NCBI GenBank assembly: GCA_003246765.1
Contig: QKDA01000231.1
Span: 25-64,024, forward strand
Source: Spirochaetales bacterium
Lineage (GTDB): Bacteria; Spirochaetota; Spirochaetia; Treponematales; Treponemataceae
Length of the DNA: 64,000 nucleotides
Direction of reading: 5' to 3'
Below, piece by piece: positions 36,163 through 44,274 of the stretch. A model generated the notes under the pieces. That model was not told where the DNA came from. It searched no databases and saw only the letters and a program-made list of their open reading frames with translations. Position 1 is the first letter of the stretch; every line of letters begins with the position of its first letter. Position numbers and translations under genes: made by a program.

Positions 36163-36201
36163 CCGGTTTTATCGCGAACCAATAAATCCCCAAAAAAAAC
36201 T

Positions 36202-37005
36202 TTAAAATTGCACTAGGCTGCCCTCTTTCTTCGCGCGGAAAACGGCCGCCCGGAGGCTCGCGAGCCCGCAAGGAAAAAGAACGAGGGCGAAACACGCAAG
36301 ATACCCGATAGTCGCCAGCCAGTGACCTTGGCCGTTCGGCACCAGAAGTATTTCCCTTATTGCCGTGGCAGCGTGGGTGATCGGCAACAATTGGGACAGC
36401 TTTTGCAGCGGGACGGGCAGCACTTCAATCGGAAATATGATTCCTCCGAGAAAATAACTGGACATGCCGAACGCGACGTTTACCGGGTTTCCCTGCTTGA
36501 AAAGCAGGATGAAAGCGGCCGATACCATTCCGAGGGAGAGAAAGCAGATGAACGTGAGGAATAGGACAAGCAGGACGAGCCCTATGGCGATCAAGGAAAC
36601 GCCGATTTTCCCTATCACGACGGTCAGCGCTAGATAGATCAGGCTCAACACGAAGGAAGAGGCGAAAGACCACAGCGAATTGCCGAAGAGCACCACGTTC
36701 GGGGAAGTCGGTGTTGCCAGGAGGATTTCGAGGGTTCCCTGCATCTGGGCCCCTCGTACTTCCTGTGAGAGAGATTGCAATCCCGTTGAAACGAAGGTGC
36801 TTACGCACATGCCCAATAAAACGAAGGAAAAATAATCGTTCCCGTAACGGGCAAGCGAAACCGAAATGCCCGATTGGAAAATCTTGCTGACGAAGAAGAA
36901 CATGAAAACGGTCAGGAAGATCCCGCCGAAACCCATGAAAAAGCGGAAACGATAGCTGATCTGGACCAAAAAATCCCTTTTGATGAATTGCAGTAGTTTA
37001 TACAC
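36202..37005 (-). CDS. ABC-2 type transporter permease
   Basis: Six hydrophobic segments and an N-terminal LLQFIKRDFLVQISYRFRF typical of ABC-2 permeases. GTG 37005 lies 1 nt after the ATPase stop; the ORF-track start 37050 would overlap the ATPase gene. Confidence 0.75.
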   Translation of the reverse strand: MYKLLQFIKRDFLVQISYRFRFFMGFGGIFLTVFMFFFVSKIFQSGISVSLARYGNDYFSFVLLGMCVSTFVSTGLQSLSQEVRGAQMQGTLEILLATPTSPNVVLFGNSLWSFASSFVLSLIYLALTVVIGKIGVSLIAIGLVLLVLFLTFICFLSLGMVSAAFILLFKQGNPVNVAFGMSSYFLGGIIFPIEVLPVPLQKLSQLLPITHAATAIREILLVPNGQGHWLATIGYLACFALVLFPCGLASLRAAVFRAKKEGSLVQF

Positions 37006-37006
37006 G

Positions 37007-37993
37007 CTAGCCCCCCGCGGTCCTATGCAGCAGTTCCCTGAGGTCGCCATCGTTCGCGACGGCGGAGAGGAGCCTTCCCCCCTGGCTTACGAAGGAACGC
37101 AACATCGCTTCCTGGGTTTCCCGGTTCCCGTCGTAACTGACGCTGAGCGACCCGTCGCTCTCGAGCCTTGTCGACCCTTCATGTTCCGCCAGCCATGACG
37201 CGGGTATTTCGCCCGCAAAGGTCAATATGAGCCTTGCCAGGCCGCCGGTAAGCCTTCCCAGCTCGCCGATCGTCCCCCTCGCCTTAACGCTTCCCTTGTC
37301 GAGAACGACCACGGAATCGGCGAGTATGCGCGCTTCCTCAAGATCGTGGGTACACAGGAAAACGGTTCGACCCTGACGTTCCACCAGGTTACGCCGCACG
37401 AAGGCCCAGAATTCCTCCCGGGCGAAGGGATCAAGATGCGATGCGGGCTCGTCGAGCAGGTATAGTTCGGGTCGCCCTATGGCCGCCCGCGCGATGTTCA
37501 GTTTTTGTTTCATTCCTGCGGAATACAGGCGATACGGTTTATCGGCCGCGTCGGTCAAGCCGGTATCGGACAGGACCTCCGACACCCGCTCGTCGAGCGT
37601 TCGTCCCCGAAGGTTATAGAGGGAACCGAAAAAGCGAAGGTTTTGGCGGCCCGTGAGGCGCCAGTAGAACGAACGCTCATTCGGCGTCACGATCCCAATG
37701 TGGCCGTTCATGGCCCGCGCGGAGTCGCTCGGGGATTGGCCCCGGTATCGAATGTCCCCGTGGTCGGCAACGATCAGGGACGCGAGTATCTTCAGGAGGG
37801 TCGTTTTGCCGGCGCCGTTCGGGCCCAACAAACAGGTGATTTCCCCTTCGGCGATATCGATATCGACCGATTTTAAGACTTCAATCGCGTTTTTTTTCGC
37901 GAAAGGATTCACTTGGGCTACCTTGAATCCTTTCGATACGCCCGCCAGGGCTACCAAGGGTACTTTTTTATCGCTTGACATTGCCTGTATCAT
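37007..37993 (-). CDS. ABC transporter ATP-binding protein (ABC-2/DrrA-like, with a C-terminal extension of about 100 aa)
   Basis: Walker A GPNGAGKTT, signature YSAGMKQK, Walker B LYLLDEPASHLD. The start is probably ATG 37993 (AGGGGGG upstream) or 37981. Confidence 0.9.
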   Translation of the reverse strand: MIQAMSSDKKVPLVALAGVSKGFKVAQVNPFAKKNAIEVLKSVDIDIAEGEITCLLGPNGAGKTTLLKILASLIVADHGDIRYRGQSPSDSARAMNGHIGIVTPNERSFYWRLTGRQNLRFFGSLYNLRGRTLDERVSEVLSDTGLTDAADKPYRLYSAGMKQKLNIARAAIGRPELYLLDEPASHLDPFAREEFWAFVRRNLVERQGRTVFLCTHDLEEARILADSVVVLDKGSVKARGTIGELGRLTGGLARLILTFAGEIPASWLAEHEGSTRLESDGSLSVSYDGNRETQEAMLRSFVSQGGRLLSAVANDGDLRELLHRTAGG

Positions 37994-38026
37994 ACCGCCC
38001 CCCTTGTTACCTGACAAGCATTTACC

Positions 38027-38055
38027 TTGACAGTAGCTCCAGATGCATAATAATC
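38027..38055 (+). promoter_or_regulatory. Candidate sigma-70 promoter of the maturation-like cassette
   Basis: TTGACA (38027-38032), followed at 15-17 nt by the overlapping TAATAA/AATAAT/ATAATC. About 30 nt upstream of ATG 38086. Confidence 0.35.
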
Positions 38056-38085
38056 TTTAATATCTCAATAAGTTATTGTAAGGGA

Positions 38086-39195
38086 ATGATGGACACGACC
38101 ACAGAGGCCTCGCTTATCTTGGCCTGTCTCAAGGATGATACGGATTATGCCCAGAATCTGATCGATAGCGGGACCGTTCGACAAAGGGTACTTTATTCAC
38201 TCGCCGAAAAAAACTTGGTTCGGGCCTATTTAAGCGAATTCCTGCTCAAGTTGCGACTGCCCGATTCCTATCCCCTCAAGCTTTTCGCCACCGTGCTCCA
38301 GCAAAACGCCCTCGTCGTGGACATTCTCAGGCAACAGGCCCGACACTGCGAACGGGCGCTCGCTGAACGCGGGATTCCAATGCTCGTCTTGAAGGGGCTG
38401 ACGATCCCCTGCGATTATCCCAGGGATATCAACGACCTGGACATCATGATCCGGGAAAAGGACTTGGTGGCCGCCGCGGAAACCCTTACGAAAGCCGGCT
38501 ATCGCTACGTCGGCGACGATCTCAGCCGTATCGTTCCCTCTTCCCAGAAGGGGAATATAGTCCGCCAGTCGTTGTGGAACAATGAATACCTCTTCAAACA
38601 CGGTCAATCCGGCTTGCTTATCGAGCTTCACACGAATTTATTCCCGCGCACGCGCGTTTTTCCCCAGAACCTGAACGTCTACCTGGATTCCGTAGAGGAC
38701 CTATGGTCTCGTGCCGTGGATTATCCCGATATCGGCCTGAAAGGGCTTTGCCGCGAGGATCTCTTTCTTCTCCTGTGCGTTCACGGTTCCGTAAAGCGCT
38801 GCCCCGGCAAGAACCGCTTCGCGATCAGGACTTGTCTCGATCTCGCGGCGGTTATAGGGAAGGGCCTGGACTGGGAAACGGTAATCATGCTCGCGCGCCG
38901 TTACAGGATCGCGGAACACCTCTTTCTGGGTTTCGCGATTCTCTCGGCGTACTTCCCTGCCTCCGTCCCGGACGGGTTGCGTAAAAGGGTTTGGCAGGCG
39001 ATGCCCCGCAGGTTTCGCTTCCTTGAACGGATACATTTCGCGGCTTTCGACGGCCTGGGGGAAAGCAAGCCGTTCTTCGCCTATGTTTACCGCCTGATCG
39101 TCCCGTTCTTCTACGGTGGCACCCCGGGATCCCGCCTTTCCTTCGCTTACTCGGCCGCGATACATCCCTTGAGGAAAATCAAGCATGGCGACTGA
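38086..39195 (+). CDS. Nucleotidyltransferase-family protein (NTP_transf_5-like)
   Basis: VLKGLTIPCDYPRDINDLDIMIREKDLVAAAETLTKAGYRY matches the pattern I recall for the uncharacterised nucleotidyltransferase family. Start taken at the ATG-ATG at 38086, not the ORF-track 37975. Confidence 0.65.
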   Translation: MMDTTTEASLILACLKDDTDYAQNLIDSGTVRQRVLYSLAEKNLVRAYLSEFLLKLRLPDSYPLKLFATVLQQNALVVDILRQQARHCERALAERGIPMLVLKGLTIPCDYPRDINDLDIMIREKDLVAAAETLTKAGYRYVGDDLSRIVPSSQKGNIVRQSLWNNEYLFKHGQSGLLIELHTNLFPRTRVFPQNLNVYLDSVEDLWSRAVDYPDIGLKGLCREDLFLLLCVHGSVKRCPGKNRFAIRTCLDLAAVIGKGLDWETVIMLARRYRIAEHLFLGFAILSAYFPASVPDGLRKRVWQAMPRRFRFLERIHFAAFDGLGESKPFFAYVYRLIVPFFYGGTPGSRLSFAYSAAIHPLRKIKHGD

Positions 39196-39655
39196 AGGCG
39201 CCTTTACGGAGAGCGAGGGTTTCGCCTCTCTCCTGGCCGGCGGCCTGGAGGGCATGGTCAGCCTGCGCGTGCTTTCCGGCAGCATGAGTCCCGCTATCGA
39301 AACGGGCGACTTGGTGAGTATCGCGCCTTGTTCCTGGAAGGAATGCAGAACGGGTGATATCATTGTCTTCAAGAGGGGCTATACGTTGGTGTCCCATCGA
39401 TTGCTGCTGAAAATTCGATTCGGGGGACGGGCGTTTCTCTTCCAGGCAGGGGACGCGATGTCCAGGGGCGAACTGATCGAGCCGGAATCGATCGTTGGAC
39501 GTTGCACCGAAGTCAGGAAAAAGAACGCAAGCGTATCGCTCGAGAACGCCCGCGTGAACGCTAAATGGGCCCGCCGCGGGCGTCAACGAATCATGACCAG
39601 GCTCGTAAAGGATATTGTCAAATGTGCGCTGAAAAAAACGGTTACTTCTCGTTAA
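39185..39655 (+). CDS. S26B (SipW/Sec11-type) signal-peptidase-like serine peptidase
   Basis: SGSMSPAIETGDLV (nucleophile block), GDIIVFKRG and LVSHRLL (His block). It overlaps the upstream gene by 11 nt. Confidence 0.6.
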   Translation: MATEGAFTESEGFASLLAGGLEGMVSLRVLSGSMSPAIETGDLVSIAPCSWKECRTGDIIVFKRGYTLVSHRLLLKIRFGGRAFLFQAGDAMSRGELIEPESIVGRCTEVRKKNASVSLENARVNAKWARRGRQRIMTRLVKDIVKCALKKTVTSR

Positions 39656-40479
39656 GCCTTGGAATTTGCGATCTGGGACTGCGCTTCGAGTCGGAAATGG
39701 AAACCCGCAAATTGGCGGAGTATTTCGAGGGCCATGAAGGCTCCGGAAAACCGAAGGTTTTCATCAATTTCAAGACCGCGCCCTACGAAAGCGTCGGGAC
39801 GATTCCCCAAAGCCTAGTCCAGGAAAAAAGGTGGGAGAACGGCTCGTTCAGCATTGCCGACGGCATGATCGCCGGGAAATTCGATCCCATACTCAATTTA
39901 TGGACGGTAACCGTTAAGTATTACCTCTTGAAGGGCCAAACGACCCGCGTCTTCGAGCAATTCCTCTATCAGGCGTTTTATACGGCGGTCTCCAAGGAAA
40001 GATTGAATGCCTTCATGATCCACTCTTGCGGCGTTTCCGCCGGCGGATCGGGTTTCCTGTTCATCGGGGCCTCCGGCATGGGGAAGAGTACCGTAGCTTC
40101 GCATAGCCGGGAATACGGCGTATTCAACGACGAGATGAACGTCGTTTCCCTCGGCGAAACCGGTTATTTTCTCGAGTCCAGCCCGTTCAACGCCTATTTC
40201 AAGGGTAAATGCAAGGAGAGGGCGAAACTTCGCGCGATTTTCATATTGCATCACGCCAAGGAATTCCGCCTCGCGCCCGTTTCACCCGCAATGGCCGTAT
40301 CCGTCATCGCGGGGCAAATCGTTCCCCCCATCGGGCTTGAGGACGCCTTTGACCCCGGTACCGCCAACGCGATGATGGAACGGGCCATGGAACTCGTTTC
40401 AAGGATTCCCGTTTACCGCATGTCTTTCACCGTAGAAGGGGGCTACTGGCCCCAAATACTCGAGACCTTCGCCGAATAA
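39622..40479 (+). CDS. HPr-kinase-related P-loop protein (HprK-like kinase)
   Basis: IHSCGVSAGGSGFLFIGASGMGKSTVA equals the HprK C-terminal-domain pattern (H.s.v...g.g.l..G.SG.GKS). ATG 39622 overlaps the peptidase gene by 34 nt. Confidence 0.7.
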   Translation: MCAEKNGYFSLSLGICDLGLRFESEMETRKLAEYFEGHEGSGKPKVFINFKTAPYESVGTIPQSLVQEKRWENGSFSIADGMIAGKFDPILNLWTVTVKYYLLKGQTTRVFEQFLYQAFYTAVSKERLNAFMIHSCGVSAGGSGFLFIGASGMGKSTVASHSREYGVFNDEMNVVSLGETGYFLESSPFNAYFKGKCKERAKLRAIFILHHAKEFRLAPVSPAMAVSVIAGQIVPPIGLEDAFDPGTANAMMERAMELVSRIPVYRMSFTVEGGYWPQILETFAE

Positions 40480-40524
40480 GCAATCATAAAACGAAAAAGT
40501 TAGAAACACGAAAGGAGTGCCGAA

Positions 40525-40800
40525 ATGAATCGCGGGAGTGTCCTTAAAACGAAAGAGGGATTTACGGTCAGAAAAATGGGCGAGGAAACCCTTTTCCTTA
40601 ACGCCAACGGGTCCGCCATCCATGTTGCCGACGAGCTTGGCAGTTTTATCTATTCCCGGATAGACGGAGTGCGGACCATTGCCCAGATACTCTCGGATAT
40701 ACTTTCCGAATACGAGGTTGATAAGTCCGTCGCGGAGAAAGACCTTTTGTCCTATCTAGATTCCCTCATTACCCAGGAAATCGTGGAAACGCTTCAATGA
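40525..40800 (+). CDS. PqqD-family peptide chaperone (RiPP recognition element)
   Basis: 91 aa with the typical layout: beta-strands (FTVRKMGEETLFLNANGSAIHVADELGSFIY) followed by helices (TIAQILSDILSEYEVDKSVAEKDLLSYLDSL). Confidence 0.75.
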   Translation: MNRGSVLKTKEGFTVRKMGEETLFLNANGSAIHVADELGSFIYSRIDGVRTIAQILSDILSEYEVDKSVAEKDLLSYLDSLITQEIVETLQ

Positions 40801-41804
40801 AGGAGCTTCTCGAGCGTATATACCGGGACTATCGCTCAAACAATCGCATATACGCCGCGATGCTCGAATTAACGTGGCGTTGCGTCGCCAATTGCGTTCA
40901 TTGCTACCTATTGGACGAAAATCCCCCCGAGCTCGATACAGCGCAGGTACTCGACCTGTTGGAGCAGCTGCGGGAGGAAGGGACGATCGACCTGGGGCTC
41001 ACCGGCGGCGAGGTCATGATACGGAAGGATTTTCCCGTCATACTCGAGGCGGCCCACAAGGCCGGGTTCAAGATATCGGTATTGACGACGGGAATTCTGA
41101 TCGACGAGCGGATGGCCGACTTGTTGCGAGACTGCCGCGTGCATCACGTCGAGATGTCCATCCTCGGCGGAAACGCCGAAACCCACGATCGATTGATGCG
41201 GCATCCCGGGGCTTTCGATAAGATGATCAGGGGCATGCGGATGCTTCGCGACCGCAAAATACCGGGCGTGATGAAAGCGACGGTTCTCAGGGAAAACGCG
41301 GGCGAGCTCGAGGCAATGCGCGGGGTAGCCGACTCCCTGAAGGTGATGTTCAGCGCGAACGCGACCCTTTTACCGACGGTTGACGGGGGCAGCAAGCCCC
41401 AGGAACTGGGGCTTGATTCCGCGGCCGCCGCGTCGCTCGACCCGAAACTGCTGACAGGCGGCTTTATCGAGGACGGAGAATTATCCGGCGGAGCCGTACT
41501 CACCTGCAACGCGGGCAAAATAAACTGTTGCGTATCCCCCGACGGTTCGGTATACCCCTGCCTTATCTGGAGACGCCCGGTCGGTTCCGTGCTCGAGAAC
41601 AGGATTTACGATATTTGGCACGCGAAGCCCGATCCGTATCTCGTCAAGATCCGCGAAGCCACCCCCCAGGATAGCGGCATATGCCACGCGTGCCCGAAGA
41701 AAGACAGTTGCAAGCGATGTCCCGGCAGCGCCTTTTCCGAAACGGGCGATTTTCAGGCGCCGATACCCTCGGCCTGCAGGCTATCGGGACTCGGCGGCCA
41801 CTGA
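40797..41804 (+). CDS. Radical SAM / SPASM-domain maturase
   Basis: CVANCVHC (CX3CX2C), the GGE block LTGGEVM, and a C-terminal Cys-rich SPASM region (CNAGKINCCVSPDGSVYPC, CHACPKKDSCKRCPG). The start overlaps the pqqD-like stop (ATGA). Confidence 0.85.
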   Translation: MKELLERIYRDYRSNNRIYAAMLELTWRCVANCVHCYLLDENPPELDTAQVLDLLEQLREEGTIDLGLTGGEVMIRKDFPVILEAAHKAGFKISVLTTGILIDERMADLLRDCRVHHVEMSILGGNAETHDRLMRHPGAFDKMIRGMRMLRDRKIPGVMKATVLRENAGELEAMRGVADSLKVMFSANATLLPTVDGGSKPQELGLDSAAAASLDPKLLTGGFIEDGELSGGAVLTCNAGKINCCVSPDGSVYPCLIWRRPVGSVLENRIYDIWHAKPDPYLVKIREATPQDSGICHACPKKDSCKRCPGSAFSETGDFQAPIPSACRLSGLGGH

Positions 41805-41843
41805 CCGCTCGCGCGACGGGCCGATTCCCGGGCCGCTCCACCC

Positions 41844-42785
41844 TCAGCTTTCCTCGTCCATGGTCTTGAGGAGCAGCGCATACTGCTCCTTGACCGAATC
41901 GGCGGAGGCGTGAAGGGCTTGCCTGTCGCGTTCGGACAGCGGAAGCTCGACGATGCGCGAAAGCCCCGCGGGACCCAAAACGCAGGGAACCCCGCAATAG
42001 ACACCGTCAAGCCCGTATTCGCCTTCCAGGTACGCGGTGCAGGGGAGGGGCCGGCCGTGGTCCTTGACCATCGCCTCCACCATCTCGGCGATGGACTCCC
42101 CGGGGGCGTAATAGGCCGAGCCGGTTTTAAGCAGGTTCACGATCTCGGCGCCGCCGTCGCGGGTGCGCTTCACGAGCGCGTCGATCGTTTCGGCGGGGAG
42201 AAGCCCTGACAGGGGCTTGCCCCGCGCGGAGGCCAGGGAGACGCAGGGAACCATGAGGTCCCCGTGCCCGCCCAGGACGAGGGCGTCGACCTCGCGGGGA
42301 TTGATGCCCAGTTCCCGGGCGATAAAAAGCTTGAATCGCGACGTGTCGAGCAATCCGGCCATGCCGATGATCCGTTCCCTGGGGAAGCCCGTTTCCCTGA
42401 GCGCCACGTGGGCCATCACGTCCAGGGGATTCGTTACCATGAGAACGACGCATCCGGGTGAATGCCTGACCGCCTCGGTCACGGCGGAGCGGACGATTTT
42501 CGCGTTGCAGTGGGCCAGGTCGTTCCGGCTCATGCCCGGCTTTCTGGCCATGCCGGCGGTAACGATGACGAGGTCCGAGCCGGCGGTGTCACCGTAGTCG
42601 GCGGAACCGTAGAGGACCGTATCGAATCCCGCGATAGAAGCGCTCTGCGCGATATCGAGGGCCTTTCCCCGCGCGACACCCTCGATGACGTCGAGGAGCG
42701 CGATTTCGTTAACCAGGTTTCGGTCGGCTATGGTTTTCGCCGCGGTAGCCCCGACGTTGCCCGCGCCGATTATCGATATTTTCAT
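41844..42785 (-). CDS. mdh: Malate dehydrogenase (LDH-like family)
   Basis: RBS AAGGAGG before ATG 42785. MKISIIGAGNVGATAA, VIVTAGMARKPGMSRNDL, LVLGGHGD. Confidence 0.85.
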   Translation of the reverse strand: MKISIIGAGNVGATAAKTIADRNLVNEIALLDVIEGVARGKALDIAQSASIAGFDTVLYGSADYGDTAGSDLVIVTAGMARKPGMSRNDLAHCNAKIVRSAVTEAVRHSPGCVVLMVTNPLDVMAHVALRETGFPRERIIGMAGLLDTSRFKLFIARELGINPREVDALVLGGHGDLMVPCVSLASARGKPLSGLLPAETIDALVKRTRDGGAEIVNLLKTGSAYYAPGESIAEMVEAMVKDHGRPLPCTAYLEGEYGLDGVYCGVPCVLGPAGLSRIVELPLSERDRQALHASADSVKEQYALLLKTMDEES

Positions 42786-42917
42786 GAGCCTCCTTGAGTT
42801 GACGCTCAAAATCGTTTGCGTATTGGCTTGAGGAATACCTTATATCATTTTCAAGCGGAGTCACGCCCCCGGCCCGCATTCCCGAGGATTTTCCCCGCGC
42901 GGGGTTCCCGGGGCGCG

Positions 42918-43448
42918 TCACCATCCCCCCGTTCCCTTTCCGCTTCCGCTCGCGAATTTCCTGAAAAGTTCCGAGAAACCGTATTTTGAGTCGAGGGCCT
43001 TGAATCGCGCGATGTCCTCGCCGGTGAGACTTATGTCATCGGGCGACGCGGCCCGGGTAATGCGGGCGTCGAGGATGGTTTTTACGGTCAGGTAGTCGGC
43101 GTCTTCTATGCGGAGCCGGTTTTTGACCTTGAGGAGGGTTTCTTCGGAAATTCGGGGCCAGGTATCGTGGACAAAGGCCTTCCATTCGGTTTCGGGGGTA
43201 TCCCGGCCCGCCATGGTAAAGGCTCGCTTCAGGAGGGGGGCTTCGGGGGCGGTTTTCAATACCTGGTACAGGTTGACGATGTCTGTCAATTGTCCCGCTT
43301 CCCTGTCGTTCAGGCCTTGGGCCTTGGCGATCGAGGCGACGATGGGGGTCGGGACGGGGTACCAGCCCAAATACAGGCCGCCCAGGGCGGCGGCGGAGGC
43401 GAGGAGGACGACGACGAGGACGATGGCGATTGTCTTGAGGATTTTCAC
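42918..43448 (-). CDS. Hypothetical membrane-anchored protein
   Basis: N-terminal TM MKILKTIAIVLVVVLLASAAALGGLYL and a soluble C-terminal domain. The overlapping ORFs in other frames look like GC-driven artefacts. Confidence 0.5.
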   Translation of the reverse strand: MKILKTIAIVLVVVLLASAAALGGLYLGWYPVPTPIVASIAKAQGLNDREAGQLTDIVNLYQVLKTAPEAPLLKRAFTMAGRDTPETEWKAFVHDTWPRISEETLLKVKNRLRIEDADYLTVKTILDARITRAASPDDISLTGEDIARFKALDSKYGFSELFRKFASGSGKGTGGW

Positions 43449-43624
43449 GGTTTTGCTCTCCCTGTTCGCGCGTTTGCTTCTTCAGGAGAGTATAGCGCGC
43501 CTTCGCGGCCCGTTCTTGCCGGGGGCTCCGGCGGTGGCCCCTTCGACCCGCGACCCTCGGGGTGCCTCGGCCCCGGTCTCGGGCGGATTGACGCGACGCG
43601 GGGCTTCGCGCGAGAATCGTGGGC

Positions 43625-44125
43625 ATGAATGACGATCCGGTGCGCATTATCATTACGGGCGGGACTTTTGACAAGCATTATGACGAGCTTCGGGGCGAGC
43701 TGACCTTCAAGGACAGCCACCTGCCGGAGATTATAGCGAAGGCGAGGATCGTGTCGCCGGTGGCGTTGGAGATCGTGCAGCTGATCGACAGCCTGCACAT
43801 GACGGACGAGCACCGGGAGCTGGTTCGCGCGGCCTGCGAGCGGGCCGCGGAACGGCGGATCGTGATTACCCACGGGACGGACCGCATGGCGGAGACGGCG
43901 CGTTTTTTGGGGCCCCTGGGCATCAACAAGACGATCGTTCTGACCGGCGCGATGGTTCCTTACCAGATATTCGGCTCCGACGCGCTTTTCAATCTGGGTT
44001 CGGCCTTTATGGCTTCGCGCCTGTTGCCGCCCGGGGTCTACGTGGCGATGAATGGGCGGACCTTCCCCTGGCAAGACGTGCGGAAGGACTATGAGCGCGG
44101 GGTGTTTCGGCCCGCGGAGGAGTAA
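43625..44125 (+). CDS. Short asparaginase-family (N-terminal domain) protein
   Basis: ITGGTFDK (TGGT nucleophile block) and THGTDRM (HGTD block). Confidence 0.65.
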   Translation: MNDDPVRIIITGGTFDKHYDELRGELTFKDSHLPEIIAKARIVSPVALEIVQLIDSLHMTDEHRELVRAACERAAERRIVITHGTDRMAETARFLGPLGINKTIVLTGAMVPYQIFGSDALFNLGSAFMASRLLPPGVYVAMNGRTFPWQDVRKDYERGVFRPAEE

Positions 44126-44274
44126 CGCCCGCCCGGGTTTACGCCCGGGGCCGGGCCCGACGGCTTTTTTTCGTTCCCCGATAATTCTTTCCCCTCCTCA
44201 CGGTTTTCAAAACCCGGCCGTCCGCGAGCCATGGTATACTTTTATCCGTTCGATACCGCGGACGGAGGCCCCAT

